The notes: generated by a model not told the origin, from the letters alone. A stretch of DNA of 64,000 nucleotides from Sphaerodactylus townsendi (GCF_021028975.2 NC_059428.1:42036001-42100000), one strand, 5' to 3'; numbered from the stretch's first letter, positions 14,281 through 30,300 are shown. Program-made: numbers and translations.

Positions 14281-15331
14281 GTATTGCACAGTTACAAACA
14301 ATTCTACTTTTCTGTTTAGACTCAGTCGTGACCTATGGCTTAGTAGCAGACACAAATCCAGCTGCAGGAAATATAATAATGTTAACCTAATCTGAATGTT
14401 CCACAAGAGACTTCAAAAACATTCGTTCTGTCATCTTATCAGCCAAACTTTATAATGTTCAAAAATAAGTTTTCATATATACAACACTACTTTAGTTCTT
14501 TAGTTCCTTTTGGTATTATATTTCTTTAATTACAGCATAATTTCACAAAAACTTCATATAAATAAAATGTACAAACATATTTTGTTTCATAAACTGCAAC
14601 CTTAGGTTATGCAAAAGACAACAAAAGGGGGAATTTACAAATGCATGTATATTAGTTTCTCTGTGAGGCTACCTGCCACTTAGTGGACAGTTGCAAAGAT
14701 CACACTTGATTACAACTTAATTTCCATCAGAAAACTTCACAAAACACAGCTTTCCACCATCTGTGTATGCTAGACTTAAGTACAAAAAAAAGTATAAATG
14801 AGCATATCAGACTATCTTACACAATCATGCCCATGACCACAATATTCACCTGTATTGGCAAATGACTCATGATTAGCTTCAAGAGCACAGCCCCATCCTG
14901 GCCTTCAGTATGCCTTGTGAGTAAGTATGGCTACCATGGGGGTGGGGGTAGAGTTGTGACTCACACAAATCTTTGGTATAATGAATTACTTCAATGAATT
15001 AAACAACTGTGTTTGCGTGTGTGTATACACACACAAAGTCTGCAAAGGAAGAAAACCTACGGCAAACCTACCACCATCACACAGAAGACTTTATTTTTAG
15101 ATTACTTTTTAATGAAGTGATTACAATGGATGCAGTAATCTTAGTACAAGATCAGTTTATGGTTCAGGCCTCCAATTTTATTTACACACGTTGGTATTAT
15201 ACAGTGAAGAAACTCAAACAGAGTTCTGATACTTTTGTATTACTTTAGACATCCAGCCATTCTGACTGGTAATAATTTGACAGCTGCATGCTGTTCCATT
15301 GAAGTCATCCTGCATTAGAGAACATTTGTGT

Positions 15332-18300
15332 TCAGTCCGGATCAGAAACATGTTCTACTTCAACTTCTACAGTCTGAATAGCTTCTGTAACCTCAGCTAT
15401 TTTCTGTCCTTGCTGTTGTGCCAACACATAATTGACTACCTGCATGATACTTTGGTCAGAAAGAGTAGAAACTGTTGTGCACTCTTCAGTAGCTGCAACA
15501 GAGTCAAGAGTTTCTTCAGTTACTACAACTGTCTCAATTTCTTCACCACACATCTCTTCACCACACATCTCTGTTTCTTGTTCTGCTGCATTAGATGTTA
15601 AAATACTGATGGCATGCTCCACTTGTGTCCCTTGATTGTGAAACTGCAGTGTGTCCTTTTCCAGCATAATTTTACAAGGTACATAATCCCGGTGGAATTT
15701 GGTCATATGCTTCCTCAAGGTACGGGCATCGATGTAGGCTTCGTTGCACACCGGACAAACATAAGGTCGTTCTCCAGTATGTGACCTCACGTGCCGCTTT
15801 AAAGAACGTGCATCAGCCCAGGCCACTCCACAGGTGAGACATTCGAAGGGTTTAACTCCTAGCCAACAAAATGTGACAAATAAAACAAGTTAAAACCTTT
15901 TGGGAGGCTGAGCAAAATCTCTGCAAAAGAACGTAGATAGCAAGCTCTCGAGGGGCTCAGTTTCCACAGACTGTAATGTAAGACACTGATTCTAAAAGGA
16001 TCTTTCTTACTAGTTTATGTCTTCATGCCAAGGTACATCATTCTCAGCCACAGCTGCTCTGAGTTTTTGCATCTGATACTTGATATGTAACATTCTTTAA
16101 CACTATCAAACAGATAAGAAACAGATCCTACTGGAAGGGATCATGAAATATACTTGGATGCTATTGTCTGTGCTACAAAGATACAAACAACTTTTATGGG
16201 GTTAAGACAGTAATAGATATCTAGATGTTGCATATTTATTTGTTCTGGACTCTGCAAAGAGAATATGTTTATATCAAACTCATAATGTTTCCGATAATGT
16301 AAAAGAAATATTAACAGGAATTATTTTTCCCTCCAACATCATAGTTTGGATCCGATTAATTACTAGCGGAAAGCAAACCCTGATGTGGACCTTTCTAGTT
16401 ATTACTGTCTCCACAGGCAACTCTTGAGTTGATGCTAGAAGCTGAGGGACCCATATGGACCAAAAAACCCACAAGTCAGGATGGAGTGGGGCAACAATGA
16501 AAAGAGAGAGCTGTGTGCCAAGTTAGTTGGAGGCAATTTCCCTCATTGTTGTCCTACTCCACCCCAGTTTGTCTGGGTACACAGAAATACTACTGAAAGA
16601 TGAGGTTTAGTTTGGCTCCATCTCACCACAGTCTCCAGGATCACTTTTTTGTCCATGTGTATTCTATGACTGCCTGTCAGCATCTTGGATGTATCACAGA
16701 ATGGGGGGGGGGGGGGGGAGAAGTTGAGGGAAGGAAACATCTGCATCTGCAAACGTCCTTGAACGTTCTTTTCTCTGGACCCAACAGGATACCTTGTTGT
16801 TTCTAAATTAAATAAACCGGATTATGATTTATTTCTCTAATCAAAATGTCACAGCTACCTTCATGGTTATTCATGTGTCTTCTGTATTCCCGCAGCTGAG
16901 TGAATTTCCTCCCACAATGTTCACATACACGTTCCAAGTTTTGTTTGGCTCTCCCTTTCTTTCCATGAGTGGCTTTTTTGACATGTCTTCTGAACAAAGC
17001 TTTCTCATAGAATTCTTTGCCACAGACATTGCACCTGAAAAAAGTGAAGGTTCAAGAGCTATGTGCAACATTTATGAGAAAAGGTTTTACAATTCATTTC
17101 ATCAGGCACCTTAGCTGTGATCCTGGAAACCCTTTAAAATGCATTCAAGGACTTCCCTATGGTGGAGCTCTGGTTCAATGGCAGAATATATCTTCTGCAT
17201 GCAGGTTCGATCCACAACATCTCCAGTTAAAAGGATGGCGGTAGATGATGGGAAGACCTCCACCTGAACCCTTGGCTGCTAGTCAGAGTAGATAATATAG
17301 ACACTAATGAATGGTTTGACTCTCAACAAGTTTCACCAGTGCATGTGTCCCATTCTGCATGAACCAAGTTACAAAATATAATCTTGCCCAGGGAACTTTC
17401 ATCTGAGCATTCATAACATGAGCAGGTTATCTTTACTTACTTGTAGGGATCTGTAACAGAATGTGACTTCACATGAGAATACCAATCTTTCTTCCAGCTG
17501 TAGCACTTTCCACAAAATTCACACTGGAATGGTTTCACCCCAAGATGCTTATTCATATGCTGACGGAGATCTCGAAGTTCGTAGAAACTTTTCTCACATC
17601 TGGAAGTACGCATGACTATATGTTAAAGGTGCTTATATGTTAAAGGAACAAAACACAGTTTACACTTCTTTATGTTCCAATGTAAAAACAATCCCAATGA
17701 AGACAGAACCAGTAGATTAGCATCACAGTGCAGTTTGCTATGTTATAGTAGATGAGTGTTTGAGTAATTACCTGTGTGGATTTTGAGTGAACAGGCTGAT
17801 TTTAAAGACAAAGTCTTTATTTGGCATCTTAGAACATGTTTTATTATCACACTTCTAACAGACAGATATTCAACTTGATTTTTTCCCACTGAAAATAGCA
17901 TCCATTCATCAAAGCACATGATAAACTGTTACACTATCACAGGTGGAATTCTACAAGCCATAAAAAAATGAGATGCCACTTTTGAAAGGCCTGCATAATT
18001 AATTGGCCTGAACTTTACTTCCCACACAAAGAGCCAGTAGATTTTCAAATTTGCTCACTGGTGCAAGTCCTCACACTTTCTCTTGTATATGATCTGAACT
18101 TTCTATGCACAAGCCAGAGATAACTTGGAACTGGCTAACTATGGATTCCTTGTTAGGGTTCATATGAAGCAGTGGATTGATTAAAATATTGTAATTAATT
18201 TAATGAGACTCACAGAACTAACGTTTTTGAAATGGTATGCTCTCCTTTATTTAAAAAGTGAGAGAAGAAATTGGATGAACTGAAACAAAAATTAAAACTT

Positions 18301-21300
18301 GCAGGGATTTCTTTATTTAATTTATAGCAATAAGAAGTAAAGCATTTTCATGTAATTAAAAAAAATAAGACTGTTTGAAGCTACTGATTTTCTCGGAGAA
18401 AGCTGGCACTCTTTCAGAAATAGAAATAACTTCAATCATTGTTCCCTTATCCAATTTGGGTCATCTTCACTGAAAGCAACAGACACATCTCTCTCAATAT
18501 CCAACGATATTAGCAAAATAAAACCTTACTTCTACTGGCTCAAATTTCTATTAAAACTTACTGAGTACATTGATATCCACGAATTTCAGGTTTTGGCTGG
18601 TGCTTCTTTATATGCTTACTAAGTCCTGAAGCTCTATGGAAAGATTTTCCACAGTGTGAACAAAAGTATTTTGATTCTCCTAATAAAACAAGAGTTGAAA
18701 TGCAATTAATGAACATTATACTGTGAAACACAAAACCTCACTGCAATTGATACTGTAGAACTGCATAAACATTAAACTGATCAAACTATGCTCAGCGTAT
18801 GTTCAGGCATGTAGAATCAAGAGTAGGTGGTCAATGCTAAATTTTAAAAGGTTGTTGCCTGCAGGCAAGTACTGTTGCTATCGGATTGGCTGATGTCATG
18901 TCATACAGACATTCCAAATGATGGTATTATTTGGAGATTTTTTTAAATAGAAAGCCCCCTGGGTCCCCCTCTCCTGGGAGGGTCTCCCAGGAGAGAAACA
19001 GCCATGGAGTTTTCAAAGATTCAGCCAGCCTGGGCTGCAAAGGGGCTAGGTTGGTCATGGCTCTGAAAACCCCATGGGTTCCCCTCTCTTGGGAGAGTCT
19101 CCCAGGACAGAACGAGCCATGGAGTGGAGGAGTGAAGAGGCTTTCCAAAGCCTCTTTCTGAAAGAAGCTACTGACTTCCCTGGCCTCCCCCCATCCCAAC
19201 ATCAAATTTTGGGGGTCAGCAGTCTGGTAAATGGGGGGAGGGGAGCTGTGGGGGGGAGGGGGCGAACCATCCATCCATCCATCCATCTAATTTCAATACC
19301 GCCCTATTTCCAAGGGGTTCCGGGGATAGGACGGTATAGAAATCTTTCCCTCATTCATCTGTTAGCTGGACCACTGCATATTGTCAAAATAGGCCCCAGT
19401 GGAACTGACTTGAGCTCTGGTAACAGGTTTATGATCGAGGCAACACGTGTCTGTTAGGGATGAGTGATGGCTCCTCAGCAATCCTAACTGAAAGGCTACC
19501 AAACCACCAGTGAGAGAATAAAAAGCTGACTGGAATCCAATACAGGACAGACAGAATGCAGTAGATTCCAACAATAGGGTGAATAAGTACCCACTGTCTC
19601 AGGTAATCTACCAGAAGAGAGTTCTAGTCTTCAGCTCACTCGGCTTTCTGGCCGAAAGTTTATGAAAAATCTAATTTCACATCTCCGTTTGAAATCACAA
19701 GCCAGATCCTTGTCTGAGGGTTTCTGGAAAAACATATTCAGTTTTACCTGTGTGAATGCTCACATGCTCCTGAAGGCTTCGTTTTGTGACAAATGACTTC
19801 TCACACAATTCACATTTAAACTGTTTCTGTGCCTCATGAAGTGCAAGATGCATCTTTAAACCATGCTTGTAGGTAAATGATTTACCACACATCTATAAGA
19901 CACAAAATTGTCAGCAGGAATGTCAATGCCTTCCCAAACAGACAAAAACATGTAATGATAAACGAACTTAATGGAATGTACTTGGACCTAATATAGCCTA
20001 TTTCCCTAATACCTTTTGTTGCAATAGGAACTAGATTGTTCCAGAAAAGGACAAAATCTGTATTGGCTGAAGATGACAAAATTCCACTGAAGAACAGAAA
20101 CTCAGAAGGAAGCGCAAGCTTAAGAATACTTAAGAGGTCTGTTTTAGGTGCATGAAAATATTGCCAATGTTTAAATTATAAATCAAACTGAGATGTTAAC
20201 CAGTACTTTTAGAATCCTCTTGAAAATGCATCAATTTTTATTTCAAACTTTCAGCTGCAAAGAGCACAGCTCCATCAACTATCCCACAACACTAACAGTA
20301 TACCTGCAAATACATAATGAACACCAAAAGACTCACTAACTCAGAGTTAGATCCTATGGATCCATTCCACTAACTGTGGCACCTTCTTCCCACACAAAAA
20401 CCTCTCACTGACCGATGAGTTTCCTTCGCTGGAGAAAATTGTTACCGTTAGTGGTGCAAGTCTATAGATTGGAACACAATGTATGAACAAGTTACCAGCC
20501 CTCATGTCGAAATAATAGTTAAGGCACCAGAGGAATCAGTGACTGTACTTTCAAAGATCTTAAATTTCAGTCCAGGTCAGTAAAAGGATAACAGGAATTT
20601 TAGTCCTTCTTGTGAAGTACCAAAAACAGGTACTGGGATGGTTCCATAGAGCAGTCAATAGAGGTTGCTAGCAGATGCAGACTTCTGCCATATCCCTCCT
20701 CCTCAGCAGTCTTTTCCAATCCCAGAAGTGTTGATTCCTTGGATCACAAGATCTGAATGGACTAAGAAGTCAGCTATTGCAGTGAGAGGGGAAAGTGGGA
20801 GAACTTAACAGTCCCCCGCCTGGCACTTCTGGTAAAAGGGAGATTTGGTGCTTTCTAGCCTCTGCACTGCAGCCTCCACCCCCCGCAAAACCATGCGGCT
20901 GTTTGTTCCCATAGAACTCACAATTCTAGAGATCAACTTTCCACAGAGTCAGAAAGCACTGGGAGAAAAATGTAACAAACAGTATCATTGCTCCTTCTAT
21001 GAATATAATCCATTAACTAATTTCAACAAAGATCCCCAGCACCTCTGCCTTTATTCCTAAAGCGATCCTTTTCCTGATTATTTAAGAATTTATATACAAG
21101 ATTTGAAGTTTCATCCTTTGTTAGTAATTGAGTTTTAGTAAAATGGCTAGAATAGGCAAAAGTTGCATCAAGAAAGTGAGGACATTAAGAAACAGTTTTA
21201 TTTTTACCTTACATGCATGTGGTTTTACACCTGTATGTTTCAGCATATGAATTCTCAGAGAATAGAATTTAGGCAAACTTCTTCCACATATGTCACATAT

Positions 21301-24300
21301 AAACTCCCGTTTAGTTCTGCCCTTTGCAGCTGTGCCACTCTCTTCAATACTAGCAGTCGCAACAGTCACTTCGTTTTTTCGGGTATGACGAACAAGGTGA
21401 GCTCGTAATGAGGCACCATACTGGAACTCTTTTTTGCACAGCTAGGACAACAAAAATGTGCATTAGTTTCTCACAGATGGTATAATTATGATCTCAGCAC
21501 AAAGTCACAGAAAAACATAGATACCACCTTTTTGAGTTATTTCCAGGTCTGCAAACACTATGTATGCAAAGGTGAGATTCTGATAGACCAGTGAAATCTG
21601 AAATTCTTAAAGACTATTCAAACTCAGACTAATGCGTATTAATCCACATATAGTACACAAAAGCTATATTTTCCACGTGATACTTCAAGACTGCGTGACC
21701 TATGCAATCATCAAAATGAAGGACTGTAACAAAGTCTTAATGTTTACTTTGGAATTGTTATTTTCTTCTAAGAAGCTAATCTGGGAAAAGACTGAAATAG
21801 ACACCAATCAGATCATCAGAATAAGCAGAGAATCAGAAAGTTTCCTGAAAAGAAAGCCAATGCACCTAACCAAAGAGTACTTCAAGTAATATTGCTAGAC
21901 TACAAACAACCAGATTAACCCAATACTTAAAACAGCAATTATGTAGGGTTGGATACAACCAGCTTCTCTGTTTGAGGGAAAAAAAATATATACTTATCTC
22001 CAAAAAGGCTCTGCCATTAGCTGTGGGACCCATTAATGAAAGAGTGCCACATGGGACACCGCTGCCGTGGGGAAATAAATCAGTTTTGACCACCTCCACC
22101 CCTCTCGAACTACTGGCAGGACCTCAACCCACAGATTAGCAAGATTACAGAAGATGCATCAACTCAGGATGTACTTCAAGCATCAACTCACTCGCATTTG
22201 TAATTTTTCGTCCTTTCATGTTTCAGTGTGTGCATTATAAGGGGCATAACGCCTCTGAAAAACCATTCCACATTCACTACATTTGTGCTGTGCTTCTGCC
22301 TCACTAGGCTCCTACAGGGTCTCTCTTGGGCTGCTTCATCTTTTTGCCTCTTTGCACTAACTTCATGGCAACCTAGTTAGAAAATAAGGTGTTAGCTGCT
22401 AGTTCAAATGAACACCCAATGATAAAATCAGTGACACAAAGACAGTATCAAAAAAAGCTGTTTGCATGACATAAGACATCATGAGAAACCAAAGAGAAGA
22501 TAACCTACTAGCAGTATTTCTTATACCTGTTGAATGGCTGATTTGTTGGCCGACTTTCTGTTCTGCAGTTTTTTCTCAATGCCCTTGTGCAACTTGATAT
22601 AGCCACCTTCGCTGACAGACCGTTGGCGAAGCTTGCTTTTGTAAGTGTCATCTTGACTGGAAACGGAGGTCTGTGACTGAGGCAGTGGAGCACTTTGTGT
22701 TTTACATGGCCTACCGCGTTTTCGCTTAAGTCCTTCCTGGGAATCTTCAGCAGCAGCATCTGCAGTTAATTCACTGCTTACGTTTTGTTCGCTGCTCACA
22801 TTTTTATCAGCCTCACTTTCTGCTGGCATGCTGACAACTTCTTGTTCTGTTGCTGGAGCCTCAGACTGCTCCACAGATACACTCTGATCTGTGATGCCTT
22901 CCTCCGTTGGTGTTTTTACATTACTTTCAGTTGTTTCTATATCAGTAGAATGCACCACAGACTTTGGAGAATTGTCCACAGGGGGTTCTGGTATAGTTTG
23001 CAGGACAGCCTCTGCTTGTGTCACCTCGTCCAATTTCAGTGCTTGAATATGCTCCATTCACAGTTGTGACTTCATTGTCTGTGGGTGAAGGCTGCTCAGT
23101 GCTGTCTGCAGGGTTTGCCCCATTTTCAGTCTGCTCTAAAAGATTCTGAGCTACTTCAACTACCTGAACATCCCCTTTCTGATACAATCGTGATTTGTTT
23201 GTCTTCCATTTGTTTGTGCAATATTTTCACAGATTTCTAGGACTTCACATGAAGAGATGTCGAGCCAGCACTGCCACTTCTCTGCCATGTTACAAAAAAT
23301 CAAAAAAAGTCACTCCTTGAGGTATAAGCAAATTCCAATAAAGGGAGAAAGCTGGCCTTGCAAAACCCTGCACCAAATAAGAAATAAGATGTCAGAAGAG
23401 TTGGCAGAGATGATCCCCCAGTTTAATTTAAAATGAATGAGAGTTTTTACTAGAAAATTACTGCCTGCAGCAACAATTTCAAACTATAGGCACAAGACAA
23501 GAGTATCTTGCTTCAAACAAACAAGAAAAATGAAGAGGGCTTAGAAGCTACAGCTGAAGGATTCCAGAAACCAGGGTCTGTGTGCAGTGGTGGCAGCAAC
23601 TGTGCACACACTGTGGAAATCCTTCATTGCACCGTACCAGCCTTCTGAAGCTATAATAGCCAGTTTTCACTTCTAGTAAAATTGAGACCTCTCTCTTCTT
23701 TTGGAAGCACTTACAAGCAGAAACAGCGGTTTTTTACATGTTTGTAGCCTCATGGAGGCATGCGTGGGAACCAATCTTTGCTCTAAAGCAAAACATAATT
23801 CCCCAAGTCTAAATATATAAAATGTAGGAAACTCTACTGCAGTACATCGTATGAAACCATCTTTGTATTACGTGCAACTTTATTTTGGAAAACGTGAGTC
23901 AGTGTTTCGATAATTATCTAGAGTTGGTTGTACAACAGCTGAAAAAGACACTATATTTCCATTCTCATTGGGTCAGCTTGTGCAATTACCACTTGTTCAA
24001 TGTAAGCAAAAGACACAGGAACTATAGCTGTGGCAGCTGCCAATTGCATGATTTGGTAACAGGCTCTCAACATTACAACTCGCATGATTGAGAAACACTT
24101 TTTCCCTCAGACCGGCGGAGAGCCTGGTCCAGAGCTAGGCAGAGTTTATATTCCTTCTACTGTAACTCCAGGAGATTTCCATAAATTCAGATGAAGCATG
24201 TGACAAGTCAGTAATCTAAATCAATACAGTTTAATTACATATTATTAAGGGCAACAACCTGCACTCAGCAAAGTCTGAAGGCTTCCTGCTGTCTATGAAG

Positions 24301-27300
24301 GCCTCATCAAGCGTCAGTAGCTCTTCCACTAAAGGAAGTTAAACTGGAGGAAGGCTGGAGGGAGGATTCAAACCTGGCTGAGTGGAGAGGCAGGATACAG
24401 GCTAGTAGAGAAAATTTGTTCAAATAAAGCACATTCCTACTTTAAACTTGGTCGATGTAACTGGAGAGGACAAGGACAAAAACAAGCCAAACGGCCAACA
24501 ATCTCAGCTCTGCTAGGAAAAAAATAATTCACAAGCTTTAAAAAAAAATACAGCAAGAAGTTGTCCACCACTTATATTTGATCAAACACTCTTTGAACAT
24601 ACTTATTCAATGAACTGATTTTCCTTATGGTTTTTGCCAGAAGATTTTACCTGAAAGATCCACGACAGCTTCGTGACTGGAAACAGCTCCTTTTTCGACG
24701 AAGAGTTCCCTGAAGTACTCGCTATTAGCTGCCAAAACGGATTTGTGCGCTTTGTACACTTCTCCTTCAATGAGCAAAGTGACGTCACAAAATTGACTGG
24801 AAAGCCGCTGTTGGTTCAGCTGGTTCAAGACCGACTGAGAATGCTTTGAAGAAGTCTGTTTCACCAGGCCTTTGCTATCCACCTGGCATTTAAAACAAAA
24901 TGCAACAAGCAGCACGTTAACTTTCAACAAACTGTTTAAAATGTTTGCAATAAATAGCTAGGAAATAAGTTTCCTTCCCAGGACTACATTTTGCATTCAG
25001 CATGGGCCACAGATTAGATTTAGCCTAAATTTTCGAGTCATGCAAGATACAAACAGAATTCCTGCTGCCCCAGCGCAGCCATGGATCTTCCTGAAATGCT
25101 GCTCCAGGGGGACATGGGACAGTCAGCGGCAGAATGGGAGGCAAACTGGGGGAGTCAGCAGCAGAAAGATAGGAGTCAGTGGAAACTACCCCATTTCTTA
25201 TGTTTGTGGAAATTTCACTTACTCCGCCCACCAGATTTAAAATTTTGTTAGCTACTCAGAGAAGGATGAAAATAAAGCTTTGTGTTTGTGCCACAGAATG
25301 AATTTATTTTGACTTATTTTAAATTTGTTTCTTTAAGGGAATAAAAAAATAAAAATCCAAACTAACCCCCTGTACAAGATATCCTAAATGCAACTTACAA
25401 ATACAAGCTCATGTTTGGCTATTGGCTTCTTTTTCACAGGCTTTGGTGAGGCAACTGGGAGCGAGGCAGAATTACTTAATTCATCATCTGTTTCATTGCT
25501 GTCTTCAGGCAATGCTGTGTCTAATCCAAGCTCTTCCAACATTTCAGAAGGATCTGACAAGGATCTGGAACGATCTAATTTTTCTTGGCACTTGCTACAT
25601 TCTTTAATGTAATCTTTGACTTGCTTTAGAATACCTAAGGAAATGCATAAAAAATCTTTTGAATTTTTGACTTCACTTACACAGGAAAGGATGGCTTTGT
25701 TCATCGTCTTTCAGGTATCTTCAGCAATAAATCAGGCAACCTAATTTGTCTTTCATGTAGATGATTAGTATTCTACAGAAAAAACTTAACTTGCGAGAGA
25801 TAACACTATTTTCCTTCATGACAAGTGCCTTTTAAAGCAAAGGAGTGTACTGCATAGTGCCTTTAAAATCTTTGCAATAATCAGGGGCGTATCTACAGAA
25901 AATGGAGCCCAGGGAAAGATCTTAAATTGCACACACGCAGTGGTGGGATGCAAATAATTTAACAACCAGTTCTGAAAGGACTCAGTGGAGGGATTACAAC
26001 CAGTTCTCCGAGCTTGACAAAAAATTAGCTACCGGTTCTACCAAACTGGTGCAAACAGGCTGAATCCCACCACTGTGCACCCCCCGCAAACATCTGACAC
26101 CTATCATTTACGTAACTACTATAATATTAGCTGCACCTTCTTTGTACCTTAGAAATTAAATGCATCATAGTAATATCCACCTAAGCAATGTCCTAATCAG
26201 TACTGAAACCATTAATGAAAGGACCCCACTCCTTAACAACTCACTTTAAAAACATATTAAAAATTACAATATTTTTAAAATTAAAAAGCACATTCCAGTA
26301 AACTATAAAGTGTAAAACAAGAACTGAAGCCTTTTAGCAAAAACAGTTGATAATTTATAATAAATTAATGAATGAGAAGGTAACTGCATCGCCCCACTCT
26401 TTAAAGGTGTGTGCACCACCACCTGCTGGAAGGTAAGAGCAACTATCCACTCTCTCAAAGAGGCCATCACTGTCTCCAGGACCCAGTCAGACATCCCCCC
26501 ACCCCTGCCCCCGGCAATATTCAAGTAACTAGGAGAATGACTTCAAATTGGTACAGGTGCAAGAGACTTTATTTGCAAAGTGCTGAATGAATAGGTCATA
26601 GCAGGCCACCAATAGTGCCAACTCCAGCATGGGAAATTCTTGGAGATTTGGAAGTGGAATCTATAAAGTGTGGAGTTTGGAAGAGTGGATCAAGCTCAGA
26701 AAGGATGTATTACCACAGCCATTTTCTCCAGGGGAACTCATATCTGCAGTATAGAAATAAATTGTAATTCTAGGAGATCTGGAAGCACCCCCTTCCCCCA
26801 AGGTTGGCAACTTTACAGTCAACTTCCTCCCACAGACAAGATCTCAGTAAGTCCCTGGGTAGTGCTTGTTTGATGTTGCTGGCCTGCCAGCACAGTGCGC
26901 ACACACTCGCTCAGTGGCCCCTGCTTCCTCTTCCTTAGCTTCTAATCTGGAGAACTGGGTTTGATTCCCTACTCCTCCACCTGAGTGGCAGAGGCTTATC
27001 TGGTGAACCAGATGTGTTTCCGCACTCCTACATTCCTGCTGGGTGACCTTGGGCTAATCACAGTTCTTCAGAACTCTCTCAGTTCCACCTGCCTCACAAG
27101 GTGTCTGTTGTATTGTCGAAGGCTTTCACGGCCGGAATCACTTGGGTGCTGTGTGGTTTCCGGGCTGTATGGCCGTGTTCTAGCAGCATTCTCTCCTGAC
27201 GTTTCGCCTGCATCTGTGGCTGGCATCTTCAGAGGATCATCCTGAGAATAGTAATGCATTAATAGTTTCTCACAGATGGTATAATTATGATCTCAGCACA

Positions 27301-30300
27301 AAGTCACAGAAAAACATAGATACCACCTTTTTGAGTTATTTCCAGGTCTGCAAACACTATGTATGCAAAGGTGAGATTCTGATAGACCAGTGAAATCTGA
27401 AATTCTTAAAGACTATTCAAACTCAGACTAATGCGTATTAATCCACATATAGTACACAAAAGCTATATTTTCCACGTGATACTTCAAGACTGCGTGACCT
27501 ATGCGATCATCAAAATGAAGGACTGTAACAAAGTCTTAATGTTTACTTTGGAATTGTTATTTTCTTCTAAGAAGCTAATCTGGGAAAAGACTGAAATAGA
27601 CACCAATCAGATCATCAGAATAAGCAGAGAATCAGAAAGTTTCCTGAAAAGAAAGCCAATGCACCTAACCAAAGAGTACTTCAAGTAATATTGCTAGACT
27701 ACAAACAACCAGATTAACCCAATACTTAAAACAGCAATTATGCAGGGTTGGATACAACCAGCTTCTCTGCTTGAGGGAAAAATATATTTTTATCTCCAAA
27801 AAGGCTCTGCCACAGGCTGTGGGACCCACACGGAAAGAGTGCCACATGGGACACAGCTGCAGTGGGGAAATAAATCAGTTTTGATCACCTCCACCCCCGG
27901 AACTACTGGCAGGACCTCAACCCACAGATTAGCAAGATTACAGAAGATGCATCAACTCAGGATGTACTTCAAGATCAACTCACTGGGCATTTGTAATTTT
28001 TCGTCCTTTCATGTTTCAGTGTGTGCATTATAAGGGCATAACGTCTCTGAAAAACCATTCCACATTCACTACATTTGTGCTGTGCTTCTGGCTCATTGTG
28101 CTCCACAGGGTCTCTCTTGGGCTGCTTCATCTTTTTGCCTCTTTGCACTAACTTCATGGCAACCTAGTTAGAAAATAAGGTGTTAGCTGCTAGTTCAAAT
28201 GAACACCCAATGATAAAATCAGTGACACAAAGACAGTATCAAAAAAAGCTGTTTGCATGACATAAGACATCATGAGAAACCAAAGAGAAGATAACCTACT
28301 AGCAGTATTTCTTATACCTGTTGAATGGCTGATTTGTTGGCCGACTTTCTGTTCTGCAGTTTTTTCTCAATGCCCTTGTGCAACTTGATATAGCCACCTT
28401 CGCTGACAGACCGTTGGCGAAGCTTGCTTTTGTAAGTGTCATCTTGACTGGAAACGGAGGTCTGTGACTGAGGCAGTGGAGCACTTTGTGTTTTACATGG
28501 CCTACCGCGTTTTCGCTTAAGTCCTTCCTGGGAATCTTCAGCAGCAGCATCTGCAGTTAATTCACTGCTTACGTTTTGTTCGCTGCTCACATTTTTATCA
28601 GCCTCACTTTCTGCTGGCATGCTGACAACTTCTTGTTCTGTTGCTGGAGCCTCAGACTGCTCCACAGATACACTCTGATCAGTGATGCCTTCCTCCGTTG
28701 GTGTTTTTACATTACTTTCAGTTGTTTCTATATCAGTAGAATGCACCACAGACTTTGGAGAATTGTCCACAGGGGGTTCTGGTATAGTTTGCAGGACAGC
28801 CTCTGGCGCAGTCACCTCGTCCACTTCAGTGCTTGAATATGCTCCATTCACAGTTGTGACTTCATTGTCTGTGGGTGAAGGCTGCTCAGTGCTGTCTGCA
28901 GGGTTTGCCCCATTTTCAGTCTGCTCTAAAAGATTCTGAGCTACTTCAACTACCTGAACATCCCCTTTCTGATACACCGTGATTTGTTTGTCTTCCATTT
29001 GTTTGTGCACATTTTCACAGATTTCTAGGACTTCCGTCATGAAGAGATGTCGAGCCAGCACTGCCACTTCTGCCATGTTACAAAAATCAAAAGTCAATTC
29101 TGAGGTATAAGCAAATTCCAATAAAGGGAGAAAGCTGGCCTTGCAAAACCCTGCACCAAATAAGAAATAAGATGTCAGAAGAGTTGGCAGAGATGATCCC
29201 CCAGTTTAATTTAAAACGAATGAGAGTTTTTACTAGAAAATTACTGCCTGCAGCAACAATTTCAAACTATAGGCACAAGACAAGAGTATCTTGCTTCAAA
29301 CAAACAAGAAAAATGAAGAGGGCTTAGAAGCTACAGCTGAAGGATTCCAGAAACCAGGGTCTGTGTGCAGGTGGTGGCAGCAACTGTGCACACACTGTGG
29401 AAATCACATTGCACTTGAAGCCTTCTGAAGCTATAATAGCCAGTTTTCACTTCTAGTAAAATTGAGACCTCTCTCTTCTTTTGGAAGCACTTACAAGCAG
29501 AAACAGCGGTTTTTTACATGTTTGTAGCCTCATGGAGGCATGCGTGGGAACCAATCTTTGCTCTAAAGCAAAACATAATTCCCCAAGTCTAAATATATAA
29601 AATGTAGGAAACTCTACTGCAGTACATCGTATGAAACCATCTTTGTATTACGTGCAACTTTATTTTGGAAAACGTGAGTCAGTGTTTCGATAATTATCTA
29701 GAGTTGGTTGTACAACAGCTGAAAAAGACACTATATTTCCATTCTCATTGGGTCAGCTTGTGCAATTACCACTTGTTCAATGTAAGCAAAAGACACAGGA
29801 ACTATAGCTGTGGCAGCTGCCAATTGCATGATTTGGTAACAGGCTCTCAACATTACAACTCGCATGATTGAGAAACACTTTTCCCTCAGACGGTGAGCCT
29901 GGTCCAGAGCTGCAAACAGAGTTTCTTATATATTCCTTCTACTGTAACTCCAGGAGATTTCCATAAATTCAGATGAAGCATGTGACAAGTCAGTAATCTA
30001 AATCAATACAGTTTAATTACATATTATTAAGGGCAACAACCTGCACTCAGCAAAGTTTGAAGGCTTCCTGCTGTCTATGAAGGCCTCATCAAGCGTCAGT
30101 AGCTCTTCCACTAAAGGAAGTTAAACTGGAGGAAGGCTGGAGGGAGGATTCAAACCTGGCTGAGTGGAGAGGCAGGATACAGGCTAGTAGAAAATTTGTT
30201 CAAATAAAGCACATTCCTACTTTAAGCTTGGTGATGTAACTGGAGGACAAGGACAAAAAAAACAAACAAGCCAAACTGACCAACAATCTCAGCTCTGCTA

